Source: the human T2T-CHM13v2.0 reference genome, Homo sapiens
Length of the DNA: 64,000 nucleotides
Assembly: GCF_009914755.1 (NCBI RefSeq)
Contig: NC_060941.1
Direction: 5' to 3' (one strand)
Below are positions 37,871 to 51,554 of this stretch, in pieces. Under the pieces are notes generated by a model that did no database searches, was not told where the DNA came from, and was given only the letters and a program-made list of their open reading frames with translations. The position numbers and the translations under genes were made by a program. Each line of letters opens with the position of its first letter. The first letter of the stretch is position 1.

Positions 37871-38705
37871 TGTGCTGTCCTGCCGTGACACTGGGAAAGC
37901 CGGACTTGACTCTGGAGCCAGGCACTGATCCAGGTGCTTCCCTCCCTCCTCTGTATGCATCCCCCTGAGTCAGGGTGGTTGGTCCTAGCCTGCCCTGCCT
38001 AGGGCATCTGGTCTGGCTTTAGCCAAGTCTCCTCTTTTGGACACAGCTGCAAGTGATATAGTCAGTGTCTCACAGAGTCCACGCCCTCCAGGCCTAGGCA
38101 TGTTGCAAGGCTCTAAGCCACGCCCCCTCTGCAGGGCAGGCAGGTCTCTAGGGCTCAACTTCCTCATCTGCAACTCAGGGGATGGGAGAGGGGAGCCTAA
38201 AGGTCCTTCCATGCTGTTATTCGTTTATTGCTTCTGTGATTTTATGAATAGGGATGAGTGACCTGCAGCCTTTGATTTACTGAAGACACGGAGGCTTTGG
38301 GCTTGGATTGGGTAAAAGGCTCTGAAGCTAGACCAACCACTGTGCCCAGGGACAGGACGAACCTCTCTGTGCTGCATGTACGTTGCCAGCTCAATAGGGC
38401 TGGTCTGCAGCAAGGAAGCCACCGAAGGGTACAGATCGGGGGATGGGGACAGCGGAGGCTCAGCAAGTCCTGTGTCCCATTCCCCACCTCCCAATAGGGC
38501 CTGTCTGTACCACCCCAGATAGGGTAGAGACACCATGAAGATGTTCAGAAGGTCCTCAATGGTCTCCTTCAAGCTCTTGGTCAGAAGGGAGGGAGGGCAA
38601 AGGAAAAAGTCTGTTTTGAGCAGTTCAGGGGGTCCGGGGCTGTGCTGGATGCTTTTTAGATTTTTGATCTCATTTGATCAGATCTGCTGAAGTGTTCTTA
38701 ATGGC

Positions 38706-39068
38706 TGTGTTAGTCCATTCTCATAATGCTATAAAGAACTACCTGAGACTGGGTAATTTACAAAGAAAAGAGGTTTAATTGACTCACAGTTCCGCAGGCT
38801 TACTAGGAAGCATGGCTGCGAGGCCTCAGGAAACTTACAATCATGGCAGAAGGCAAAGGGGAAGAAGCAAGCATGTCTTACCATGGCAGAGCAGGAGAGA
38901 GAGAGATGGGGAAGTGCCACACACTTTTAAATCTTCAGATCTTGTGAGAACTCACTATTACGAGAACGGCGTGATCCAATCACCTCCCACCAGGCCCCCC
39001 ACCTTTAACACGTGGGGATTACAATTCCACATGAGATTTAAGTGAGGACACAGAGCCAAACCCTATCA
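38706..39068 (-). mobile_element. MSTA/THE1D-like MaLR solo LTR
   Basis: TGTGTTAGTCCATTCTC...GCTATAAAGAACTACCTGAGACTGGG...GCCAAACCCTATCA. TSD ATGGC at 38701-38705 and 39069-39073. Confidence 0.94.
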
Positions 39069-39073
39069 ATGGC

Positions 39074-39170
39074 CCAATTTACAGATTGAGGAAACTGAGG
39101 TTGAGAGGTTAAGTCACACGCTAATGTCACGGGGCTAGGAAGTGGCAGTGGTGGCATTCAATCTTGGGAC
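39074..39170 (-). mobile_element. MIR SINE adjoining the LTR
   Basis: TTTACAGATTGAGGAAACTGAGGTTGAGAGGTTAAGT. Confidence 0.8.
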
Positions 39171-40324
39171 ACATGCCCTTTCTGCTGCCCTGCAGCTTGG
39201 AGAATTCTAGTGCTGCAGCTGTTGGGAGAGAGAGGATTCTGTCACCCAGCTGGTGGTGCGACCTGTGCCTCCAGAAACCCTCTTCCCTATCCCCCCTGCC
39301 CCCGAGTGGGTCCTCCTGTCCACACAGCATCAAACCCTGCTTTCCTGCTGCTCTCTAAGCTCCCCCTGCAGCTTCCTAGGCACAGGATGATTATTCCTCC
39401 TGGGGTGGGGGACAGATAATCCTGATCCCATTTGTGGGACACAGAAACCGATGCCAAGGTCCAACTGGCACAGAAGCTGGGAGCACTGGGCTTCCTCTGC
39501 AGACCAAGCTTGCTGGGGTTCCCAGTGGCCTAGCTTTTGATGCCCAGAGGGCAGTGTGCCCTGCTCCCAGGAGGCCCTGGATAGCCTGTCTCCTCCCTGG
39601 GGAGGAAATGACCTTGGGCACTGCCCAGTCCTTGCACACTGTCTGGGGGAAGTAGAGGGGGAGGAAATCAGGCTTCTCTCTCACCAACCAGGCTCTGCAT
39701 GGTGGGGGGCCTTGGGCCTGCACACTTAAGCTTGCTGCTATCCCACGGAGGGCAGCTGGAAGGTGGCTTCCCTGGGGCCCAGCCCAGCCTCCTTCTGGCC
39801 CCAGTTACTCTCTCAGACACCCCAAGATGCGTCATCCATGCCAGCCGCTGAAGCTGTCAGCTCTCTCCTTCTCAGCACCACTCAGAGTCTCAATGACAAC
39901 CCCGGCTGCCTCCTGAAGAGACACGTCAAGGACTCCTGTCCAAATGACGCCATCAGCCTTCCCGTTGTTGGCCGAGGTGCTGGGCACCAGCAGCCCCCAC
40001 CCTGGCCCTGTTGCTGGCTGATAAAGGAACAATTTCCCTGCGAAGGAAAAACGTAGCAAGCAGCAATTTTCATTCATGAGAAAGCTCTTAGGCAGGCAGA
40101 GAAGCCGGAGTGAGGAGCAGGGAGGAGTAGAAGGAGAGAGGAGTGGGAAGAGAGGAGGCAATTGCCTCCTCCTGGCAGCCCTCCTTGATTGTTGAGCAGC
40201 TGCCAGCCACCTGGGCTGCTCACTGTTGAAGAAAGCTTCCCATCACTTCCTCATGACTCAAAGCTCTGCAGGTACTCTTTGCCCTTTAGCTTGTACCTGA
40301 TTAATTAATTTTCAGTTAAGTGAT

Positions 40325-40900
40325 TTGATCCGTCATCCATTCACCCAAAAACCATTCCTGGAGCACCTGGCATGTGCTGGGAATCGCAAACAAAGATTCA
40401 GCCCTTGCCCTCAAGTTGCTCATAGACCAACTGAAGAGGAAGTCTTGGTAAGGTGTCATGCTATGGGGGAAGTAGATGGGGCTGGATGGGTCAGGGAAGG
40501 CTTCCCGGAAGAGGGAGTGTCTAAGTCAAGCCCTGAAGGATGGATGGGAGTCAGCCAAGCAGAGATGGGGGCAAGTTTTAGGCGAGGTGAACACACAAAC
40601 AGCAACCCGGTCAGACAGAATGCGGCAGGTCCCATCAGCCACAGTGTGTGGGAGAGGGGATGGGGGGCAGAGACAAGGAGAGGGGTGAGAGCGGGGCTCA
40701 AGATGTGAGCGAGGTGGCATGATGAGAGGCACTGAAGGGTTTCAGCAGCAACAGATCAGATTTCTGTAACAGAAAGATCACTCTGGCTGCAACGTAGTGG
40801 GGAACGCCAAGTGGGACCTGGTCATAACCAGGTGGAGGGGTGGTGGTGACCAGAATCTGGAATGAGACTGTGGGTGAGGACCGCCGGGGGTGCATAGAGG
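40325..40900 (-). mobile_element. L2 LINE relic
   Basis: GAGCACCTGGCATGTGCTGGG; GGTCAGGGAAGGCTTCCCGGAAGAGG; AGAAAGATCACTCTGGCTGC. Confidence 0.8.
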
Positions 40901-41564
40901 CAGATGCATGCAAGACACTAATGCACCCCTCCCGCTGCTCTGCACTGTGTCCCGGGGGCACTGAGCCCCGGGTTTCTCCCTCTGGTTGCACCAGCCAGGC
41001 CCCCTCCCTACCTGCCCCTTTCCTGCATGGCAGGTCTAGTGCTCCTGACTGTTTCCAGGTCAGGTTGAGCTGGCCTGGCTTGGAAATATGCTTGATGGAG
41101 TTCTAAGCCTGCTGCAGCAGGGGGCCAGGGGTCAGGGAGGTGGCAGACTGCCAAGGTAGGAGCCTCTGGTTCTCCCCGGCCTCCTAGCGACTCTGCTCTA
41201 GGGTTAACGGCTCTGAAATATATGCTGCTTAATGCTACGTCCCCAGGAAGGGACCCCTAACCTGCTAGCCCTTTGTCCCGCTGGGAAAATAGCTCAATTA
41301 CTGCCAAAATGAGAAGCTGTCCTGGGGTGGATGAAGTAGCACCAAAGGATAATTAGAATGGGCTGGACATGAGCAGCCACTTGTTTGGAAAGGTGGAGGG
41401 CCACGACACAGAGACCCTGGGTGGCGGGGGAGTCAGGGTGGCGGTGGAAGGGCAGGAGGGACCCAAGGAAGCCACAGAGCTTTTGACCGTCTCCCATTCC
41501 CCCACCCCTACCCTGCAGCTTCCTGCCACACGTCTCTTCCTGGGATGTTAAGGAGGCTGGCATG

Positions 41565-42020
41565 GAGTCAGAGTCCACTCAAGAAAGCAGAAACTACTGG
41601 CTATACTCGCACAGAAGGAATTTGCTACAGGGAACTGGTTGCAGGTGATAATCAGCGAGAAGCCCAGCGGGGGACAGTGAGGTAACCCAGAGATCGGTGA
41701 CACAAGAGGCCTCTACCATCCCTAGGCCGGAGGGGTCCAGGGAGGAAGTGAGGTTGCTGGATCCCAGGGCGAGTCACCCGTCCACAGGGAGCTGGAGTCA
41801 TGAGCCAAACGCAGCTGCTCATGGAAGCCAGTGGAGGCAGGAGGGAAGGGAGAGACCCCAGCTTCTCTCCCTTGCCTACCTCCTGTCTCCTGTCAGTGCT
41901 TCCCACTGGCCAAGCCTAACCTGAAGCCAGCTGACCGGGGAGCCTGGGAAGCCAGGAAGACAGCCACCTGTGATACAGGACAGAGCAGAGGCAGGACAAG
42001 GAAAGGACCTGAGAGGTCAC
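41565..42020 (-). mobile_element. old ERVL-class LTR (LTR33/LTR41-like, family uncertain)
   Basis: AGAAGGAATTTGCTACAGGGAACTGGTT and CTTCCCACTGGCCAAGCCTAACCTGAAGCCAG resemble antisense ERVL LTR motifs. Confidence 0.55.
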
Positions 42021-43479
42021 AGCCCACGAAGGACACAGTGGGTCGAGGTGGTAGCCTGAAGCCACAAAGCACGCTAGCCGGGGACTCCACGCGCACCTTG
42101 TCTTCCCTCCCACACTGTTGGGTGATGGCGGCCGGCTCCCCATCAGCTTCTGGTGCCTTCGTGATAAATGCCCACACGCTCCCACCCCAGCCCGATTCAT
42201 CAAGCTCCCCGTGGCACGTTGCATGGCCAGAGACCTTGCCCACCAGGAGCTTAATCTCCCAGACAAAGAACAGAAACGCGGCCTGGGCCAGAGACATATA
42301 ACATGTTGCCGGGAGTCACTGACGGTCTAAGTGAGCCCAGGAGCCTCGCAGCTCCTGCCAGGAATGGGGAGGGGGCGGAGCGGCCGAGGCCTTCGGTTTT
42401 CTCCCTCCTTCCATCTCTGGTGTCAGGGGTGACTTGGAAAGGATACCCCAAGTTTCTCTAGGCCATTCTTCCACCTTTTTCTCAACCTAACCCCTCCTGG
42501 ACCAAGCAGGCTCTAATACAGCTGTTCCTTTCTCCTTCCCTCCCCTCCTTCCTTAACATGGATTAAAAGCCTCCAACACACTGTTTGCTATGGACGCTGT
42601 GGATGCCATAGCGAGCAAGACAGGCCTGGTCCCTGCCCTCACGGTGCTTACACACGCAGAGCTTCTGCAACCTTCCCTAGTTGTCCCCCTAAGGGCAGGG
42701 GGACCTTCAGACCACCCCACCCCGCTGCTTTCCAAACTCAGCTTCCAAGAGGAAGCTGAGACCCAGTCCATCTGGAGACCCAACTCCAGGCTTCCCTTCT
42801 GTCTCCAACCCCTTTTGAGTAAAAAGAGGGTCAGAGAGGAGAGGGCACTAGATTCAGGGGGCTGTGATTGGCTGCCACCAGACTGATAGATGGGTGAAGA
42901 GACCAACCAAGACTGTGGGACAGCCAGGGTGGCAAGGCAACCTAGAGTCAGGCAGGTGCCGCTGCAGTCCCCACCGCCTGCCCCCCACCCCTCGGCCAGC
43001 CTGTCCCCCCTGTCTGGGGCCCAGCTCTAAATCTCTCTGACATAAAATATTGTCGGAGAGCCACAGCACAGAGAGATTAAAAAACAATAAAGAGAAAGCG
43101 AAACTCTCGTCTATAATTACCAGCCTCTAGCCGGCAGCAGCAGAAACGCACTAAAATTTTAATAGGAACCACTGCATTTAATTTAACGACACATTTTTTC
43201 AATTACCAGAATAATTGTCTTATTCATAAAATGAGTTTCAATAAAGAGGGTAATTTTCCTTTGTTTTTATTATTCATTTGTGAAACATATTTGAGATAGA
43301 ACCCCCTCATGTTAAGGCAGCTTGGCGAGGACGCATGACATCTGTGTCACGCATTGAAACTGGAGTGGCGCAGGGGACCCTCCTGAGGGGGTGGCCGTCC
43401 ACATTGCCAGCTGATGGCCGAGCGGTCAGTGGTCGAGGCGCAGGTCTGAGTGTACTCGGCCGGAGTACCCATCATGAGC

Positions 43480-43650
43480 CACTTAGATTAGCTTCTCGGC
43501 ACTCAAGAAGTACGTACGAGCATCACGCCCACTTGAGCTATGAGAAACTGAGGCATAAATGGGTTAAGTCACTTGGCAGGATACGGGGGAACAGGATTTG
43601 AGCCCGGCCAGGCTGACTGCAGAGCTTGAGGACGGTGCTACTACCCTGCC
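43480..43650 (-). mobile_element. MIR SINE
   Basis: ATGAGAAACTGAGGCATAAATGGGTTAAGTCACTTG...GGATTTGAGCCC. Confidence 0.8.
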
Positions 43651-44229
43651 AATGGACCCCGCTGTAGGCTGCTTCCCAGACGAAGTTCCCTAAGCGACTT
43701 CATCTTTGAACCAACTCATTTGCACTTCTCGCTCTGGCTTCGTTTACACTGCACTCTAAGCCCTCTCCTTGGCAAGTTCTCAACTCGAGAGCCCTTGCCC
43801 TGAGCCTCTGGCTGGCGCTCAGAGATGGGATGAACTGTTTGGAGAGGAGCCGTAGAGGAGAGGCTCAGACCCGTTTGGGTTCTGGGTTCCTCGAGCACCC
43901 TAATCCCAACCCTTTGGGATTGGCTGCAGCTCCCAGGTAGGGCAGACGGCTGCAGCGTCACGCTGCTTCTCTGGATGGATGAATGCAAAGGCAGAGGCTT
44001 CTGTGGGGGCTGGGAGGGAAGGGCCAGAGGGAGCTCTTGGCCCCACTCTGGGCATGGAGGTGGCCTTGAGCATGGAAGCACCTTCTGGGGTGTGTGTGTG
44101 TTCTGAATACCATCAGAGGCAAGAGGCAGAGATGGGGCAGGACAGGCCACGGGGGGCCAGTGGTGGGAGCCCAAGGCTGCCTCCAGTAGGGAAATTGATA
44201 TTGATAGACCATTCTCACTGTCAAGGGCT

Positions 44230-44400
44230 TTGAGCCAGGACTTACTGCCTATTTAATACCAGGGTCTCCATAGTGACCCTGGAAGGTGGATGTTATTATC
44301 CCCTTGGTAAAGATGACAAAACTGAGGCCTCAAGAGATCAAACAAGTCCTGCCCAAAGTCACTGGGCCAGTGAGCAGCCCAGTGGTGAGTCACCCCCAAG
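44230..44400 (-). mobile_element. MIR SINE
   Basis: TTATTATCCCC...AGATGACAAAACTGAGGC...GCCCAAAGTCAC. Confidence 0.75.
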
Positions 44401-45192
44401 CCCTGCCGGCTGCACCTATTCCTATGATGGTGTTTCCTGCAGGGAGCTGCCCTCTCAGAAGCCAGGATAGCACAAGGAAGGACAGGGGGGGACAGAGAGG
44501 TTTGAGGCCCAGGGTCACCCCTGAGCCACTACCTGGCCACAGCCTCCATCCCACCTGCAATCTCCTTCCTCGGGCCTACACCTCCTGCAGGTGAATAGCA
44601 CCACCCCCAAACCCCCACCCTTGTTACAGCATAGCCTTCACCCAGGGATGCCAGTCACCCCCTTCCTGAGGAGGTGCTGGCAGAGGGGGCATGACCAGCT
44701 CCAGCCTGAGCCTCAGATTCCCTTCAGGCTTTTTGGGCATAAGATTGGATGCAGGAGTGGTGGTTTCCCTACTCCCTCCCTAGGTATAAATCTGGCCTGC
44801 AGAAGACCTCTTCAAGGGGAGATACCTAGCAGCCCCAACACATCCCCCTGAAGCCCTGGCTTCTTCCCATTGAGGAGAGGACAGGAGCATGGAGGGAGGG
44901 TTACTAGGGGAGCTGGGGCCCTGAGGCTCACAGGGAGAGGGGTTTTATGTCCTCCAGGGGGAGCTGGGACCACCTATTCCTAACCCTGGAGCAGATCCCT
45001 TGTCCTCATCAACCCATGGTCTCTGCCCCCTTTCAGGTCTTCTACTTCTTCCAGGAGGCCCCCTGATGAGGACAGGGGGCAAGTCATCCTCCCCTTTGGA
45101 AGCCCAGTGCTTTGCGCAATGCCAGGCACACAGGGGCAGCTCATCAATCCATTATGTAAAGGCACCTAGATGAAGCAGAACCACTTCCACAC

Positions 45193-45591
45193 TGTTATGA
45201 GCCAAACTTCCTGCCCCCAAAATTCATCTGTTGAAGTCCTAAGCCACGGTACCTCAGAATGCAACTAAATTTGGAGATAGGATCTTTACAGAGGTAACTA
45301 AGGTTAAATGAAGCCATTGGGGTGGGCCCTAATCCCATGTGGCTGAAGTCCTTATAAGCAGAGGAGGTGAGGGCACAGGCTCATATGGAGGAAGAACATG
45401 TGAAGACACAGGGAGAAGATGGCCATCTACATGCCAAGGACAGAGCCTTCCCTCATGGCCCACAGAAGAAAACAACCCCCATAACACCTTGGTCTTGGAC
45501 TTCTGGTCTCTAGAATTGTGAGAAAATGAATTTCCATCATTTCAGCCAGCTAGTCTGGTATTTGTTACAGCAACTGTAGGAAACTAATACA
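45193..45591 (+). mobile_element. MLT1A-type MaLR solo LTR
   Basis: TGTTATG...CCCCCAAAATTCATCTGTTGAAGTCCTAA...GGGTGGGCCCTAATCC...AAACTAATACA. Confidence 0.92.
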
Positions 45592-47659
45592 CACTTCTGT
45601 GCAAATCTCTTTCCTTCCCTGGAATGCATCCTCCTCTATCTCTGCAAGTGTGAGCTCTGTATGTCAAGTCCTGGCTCAAAGTCCACCTTCTCCAGGAAGC
45701 CAGCTGTGCTGTGGAGCTCTTGGGCATCCTTTGTAGAGTATTGATTTACACTTATTTATGGGTTGTTCTGTAAATGTTACAAACCCATATTTGGGTTTTA
45801 TTACAGGATCAAAACTCTGTGAGTTTCCTCCTGCCAAGACCTGAGTCTCTTCCATCTTCAGGAGCCCTCGAGGTGCTCTGAGCTCAGGCAGGGCCTTGGT
45901 GCCCAGACTGGCTGGGGACCAGGCTGGGAGGAAGGAGGATGGGGGAGCTTTGTTCTGGGTTGGCCCTCTGACAGCGCCAATCCCCATCTCCAGCCCTGGT
46001 GAACCCTAGAGCTTGCATTGTCTAGCTGCATATGCAGCCCCGAGCTGGGCTATGGGCACTTGGTCTTGCCCTGGGAGGCTATGAATTGAGCAGAGGAGAG
46101 GATGGTAACCAGAGAGAGCAGGAGTAACAGGAGTGCTGTCTATACAGATGAGCCAGCGAGGGCCTCATGGAGGGCTTGAGTCTGGAACTGGCCTTGAAGG
46201 CTGGCAGGACTTGGACTGGTTGAGGGCAGGGGGAGCTCATCTCCAGTGGGGAGAACAGCTCATGCAAAGGTGTGGCATGTGAATGGGAGTATTCCTGGCC
46301 TGGGGGAGGCGCCATTGGGAGCGGTGCACTGGACCTTGGACTCCGCGCAGCTCATCCTCGTCTCTATGTACTGAGGATGCTGAGGCCCAGGAAAGGAAGG
46401 GGCTGGCCCAAGGTTGCTCACTGTGGTCAGGCCTCTCTGCCCCTGGGCCTCAGAGGGGACTTGGAGGTCACTATTCCAGTCCCTGCCATCAGGCAAGAAT
46501 GGTGGATTAGCCTGAATCCCCTATCATCTCCCTCTCTGCCTCAATGTCCCGGAGCTCAACTGGGAAGATGAGGAAGGGCCCAGGTGGGGGTAGAGGAAGT
46601 GAGGGGCTGCCAGGCGCCAAGACCACATAAGCAGCAGATGTCGGCGGATTAGCAGCTCTGCTTCCCAAAGCTGCCGGAGCCACTTAATATTCTGCAGAGG
46701 GGATCACTTCTCTTTCATAAAAAGCAAACACGGGACTGAAATGCTGCAGACTCCAAACACCTGGGGAGGTTTGGCGGCTTGAAACCTTGCTCCTGGGAAA
46801 GACACAGAGAGTCAGGGGGGACCAGGGAGTCAGCCCTCCTTGCTGGCCAGAAGCAGTGGATGGTCCCTGCAGGGAGACAGGCAGTGGATGCACAGATGGG
46901 CTTGAGCTTCTGGGGTTTCCAGGGAAAGGCAGGGGCTTTGGGAGACATGGGGGCACTGTCCATGGGGCTTGGGCTTGGGGTGGACAGTTGGCAAAGTGAT
47001 GGCACTCAGTGGAAGTCACTGCCAGGAAACGACACATGCAGGGACCATTCCTCTCCCTCTTAATGACCCCAGACATCGGGAATGGAGGCACAGCCACTGA
47101 GGCAGATCACCAAGATGGGAAGCGGCAGGTTCTTTCCAAACAAACAGATCAACAGAGCAAAACAGCTAACAGCTTTAGTTAAATACAAATAATTCCAAGA
47201 AGCCAGCGGCAAGCTTTTACCTTCGGAGTTTGGGTTTTTTTTATTGTTGTTGTTGTTTAATAAAGGAAGACGACTTTCTTTGATTAGACAGAGCTCACTT
47301 TATCCAGATGGGAAAGAAATACAATGGCTCTCTCTTGGCTTCCTCCGAAGAGCCAGGTATGTCTGGGCAGCCCATCTGGGCGATGCTCACTGGACATGAG
47401 GCTGTGTATGGTCAGATGTTTATGTACCGTGACTCATTTTTGGTAGAGGCATTCACGTTTGACCTGCACATGATTCTTCTTTTAAGCACACATTTTAGGA
47501 AAAATATTTGCTGAATTCTTATGCGGCTGTTGGCATTGCTGTTATTGTATGGTTGTTACCATTTGTTCCCCTTTGGGAACCTGTTTCCGGTTTTGAAAGG
47601 ACTTCAGTAGATGTTAATAACTCAGCTTGCCTGGGTGGAAGTCTAACCTGGCAGCTGTC

Positions 47660-48513
<854 letters not shown>

Positions 48514-49317
48514 AGATAAAATATTATAATGTTTCCTTTCTTCTTCCCATCCTCCTCCTCCTCCTCTCTCTCTCTTTCTCTCTTACTTTCTTTCCCTGCC
48601 TCCTAATCTCCCTCTTTTCTTTCCTTCCTTGTTTTTGGGTTGGAGGTCCTCTTTCAATAGAGGGTAGAGAGAACCCAAAGTGTCAAAGCCCTGCCATTCT
48701 AATTTCCTTTCCCATTAACAGGAGTTCCTTAAACTCTGTGAGTCCAGATTTCCTGCCCTCAGTAAGGTCTGCCTGCAGCCTCTACCAGGTAGTGATACGA
48801 TGGGCACCTCTGGACTCAGCAGTAGAAATGGCAGCCAGTGGCATTGACCTGGATTCACTCATCCTCTCTCTCAGCCTCTCCCCAGGGCTCCCTGGACAAC
48901 CAAGTCCAGCTCTCTTGTTCTAGGACCCTCCTCACCCTGTTGCTCTATCCCCCTTTGTCCTGCCCCATCCCCAACACCATGGGCTGGGTGCCCTGGGGGC
49001 ACTTAGCAGCCCGAGCTGCCACCTGGGAGTGAAGCGCCTTCTGCTGAGGCAGGAGGGGTGCAGGTCTGCTGTAAAGGGGCAGCCCCAAAGTTCTGCCAGT
49101 AGATTGATGGGGAGTAAAGACTCTGACCCCACAGCCTCACTGAGCACATGTCAGAGGGGCTGGCAAATCTGAAAAGATGTGGCTGTGACTAGCTCTGCCT
49201 AGGGTTCTGCCAGATTTCCTGTGGAACCTTCCAGAATTTCTCCATTAATGACAACGACCATGCCCAGGTAGAGATGGAAAGAGACTCGGATGCCTTATTC
49301 TGAAATTAACTTCAGTT

Positions 49318-49400
49318 AGGAAGGAAGGGAAGGAGGGAGGGAGGAAGGGAGGGAGGGGAGAGGGAGGAAGAAAGGAAGGAAGGGAGGAAGGGAGGGAGGA
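49318..49400. repeat. GGAA/GGGA polypurine tract
   Basis: About 80 bp of pure purine sequence. Confidence 0.9.
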
Positions 49401-49409
49401 ACAGAATAA

Positions 49410-49680
49410 TATTCAAGCACTTTTTCATGGCACTTTAAAATGTTCAAGCACTTTTGCATTGACTGTATCTCCTTTTATCATCCAGCCTGTGAAGTTCACA
49501 GCTCAGCATTATTAGGCAGTGGACTATGGAGGACCCACACACAGCCAGGTTCAAATCCAGCTTCATTAGACAGATGAAGAAACCAAGGCCCAATGAGATG
49601 GAGTGCCTTTCCCACCTCACATGGGAAGTCAGTGCCCAAGTTAACAGAACTTCAGGGCCCCCGCACCAAGCCATGTGTCT
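49410..49680 (-). mobile_element. MIR SINE interrupted by a 49-bp insert
   Basis: ...CATTATT[insert]TCATTAGACAGATGAAGAAACCAAGGCCCA. Confidence 0.65.
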
Positions 49681-50169
49681 CTCCTACAAGATCCTGGAGG
49701 ATGGGCTCTCAAATGGGGTCTCAACCCTCCCCCTAGATAGGAGCTCTTTGCCTGGCTTCTGGAACTGTGGGCCACCAGTCCCTACAGAATGAGAGGTACT
49801 CTCACTCACTGCAGTAGCGGCCTGGAGAGAAAACGCCTGCCTCCCTGGCTCTGTCTGCAGCCTGGCTCCCAGGACGTGGCCTCATTTCAAAGACTAAAAA
49901 GGTAGCTGAGAAACAAACGAAAGTTAGCTGAGATGGGAAAACCACCCATGGGAAGGAAAGAATGCACCATCTCCTCCCCTTTTCTCTCTTCTCTATGGGG
50001 AGAAAGAAAAACCTAAATACTGATTTCAACTGGACTCTCCTGCCTGCACCGGGGCCCCACAAGCAACACCCAGATCCTGAAAGTATTTGTTCCAGTCAAT
50101 GGGGCAGAGTGACCCACGAAGGACAGAGCATGCCTGCCGAGTTCACACACTTCCTGCCTGCCTCTGGGA

Positions 50170-50340
50170 AAACTATTTAACCTCTCTGAGCCTTGGGTTT
50201 CCTCGCTGGTAAAGTAGAGATGGTGGCGATACATGTGCCATGGAGTGGCAATGAGGATGAAATGGGACAATGTACGCAAGACTGTTGGCAAGAAGCAAGG
50301 AGTTGATAAATGGAATAGACGATATAACAATTACATTGTA
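50170..50340 (+). mobile_element. MIR SINE
   Basis: TTTAACCTCTCTGAGCCTTGGGTTTCCTC...GAGGATGAAATGGGACAATG. Confidence 0.8.
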
Positions 50341-50979
50341 ATGTGTATTATAATTCTTTTTGCGGGCTCTTGAGAATGAGAACTCTCTGCCAACGTGGAG
50401 AATGAGAGGGGCAGATGGGAAGAACACTGAGATAAGAGCAGTAAGTCTTGAGCAGGATGGTGTGGGGGCAAGCTCTGTCCATCCGCCACTCCCCACTCCG
50501 CTCCCTGTGCCCCCCGCCCCCGCCACCATACCACACATGTCACCATACTGTGGCTGCTCTCCAGCCTCCGAAGGGCCACCCCACAGGCAGGTCTGCAGCC
50601 TGAACAGGATGGGACAGGTAAGGTTGGCCCCTCCCCCTTTCTTTTCTTCCCTACCTCCCTGTCCTGCTAGAGACAAGTGCCCCTAATGCCTGTGCTCCCG
50701 AATCATAATGCCACAAAAACCTTGCTGAGATAGGATGAGAGAAAGAGAGGGTCTGAGACAACTCAAAGCCTTTAGTCCCTGGCCTGATCCCCCCAGGGCT
50801 GGGCACCAGCTGGTTGTCTTGGCCTCACTAAGCATTTCCTCTGTATCTTTAGCTTGCTGGGCTCAGTGGCAGTCACCCCTGGGAGGGATGGCATGAAGGG
50901 CTGGGGGTTCCTCTGGGCCATCACACCACGGGAAGCGGGTCTATGGCCCCAAGGGTCCTGCCTTGGCCCTACTGAGACC

Positions 50980-51150
50980 AGGCAGTGAACTATGGAGGAC
51001 CCGCACACAGAGCCAGGTTCAAATCCAGCTAAGGGCAAACTGCCTAAGCTCTTACAGCCTCAGTTTCCTCACTAAAAGGATGCAGTCACTCCTAGTGCCA
51101 CCACCAAAAACCACAATAAATGACAGACAAGGTGTTGTTAGAAAGACTGA
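50980..51150 (+). mobile_element. MIR SINE (diverged)
   Basis: GAGCCAGGTTCAAATCCAGCT...GCCTCAGTTTCCTCAC. Confidence 0.6.
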
Positions 51151-51246
51151 ATAACCAGAAATGTTCATGGAAATGACAGCTGGGCTGCAGGGCTGGAGCT
51201 GGGCTGGAGGCTGCTCTGCACCCGACCGTGCCTCGCATTAACCCTT

Positions 51247-51554
<308 letters not shown>

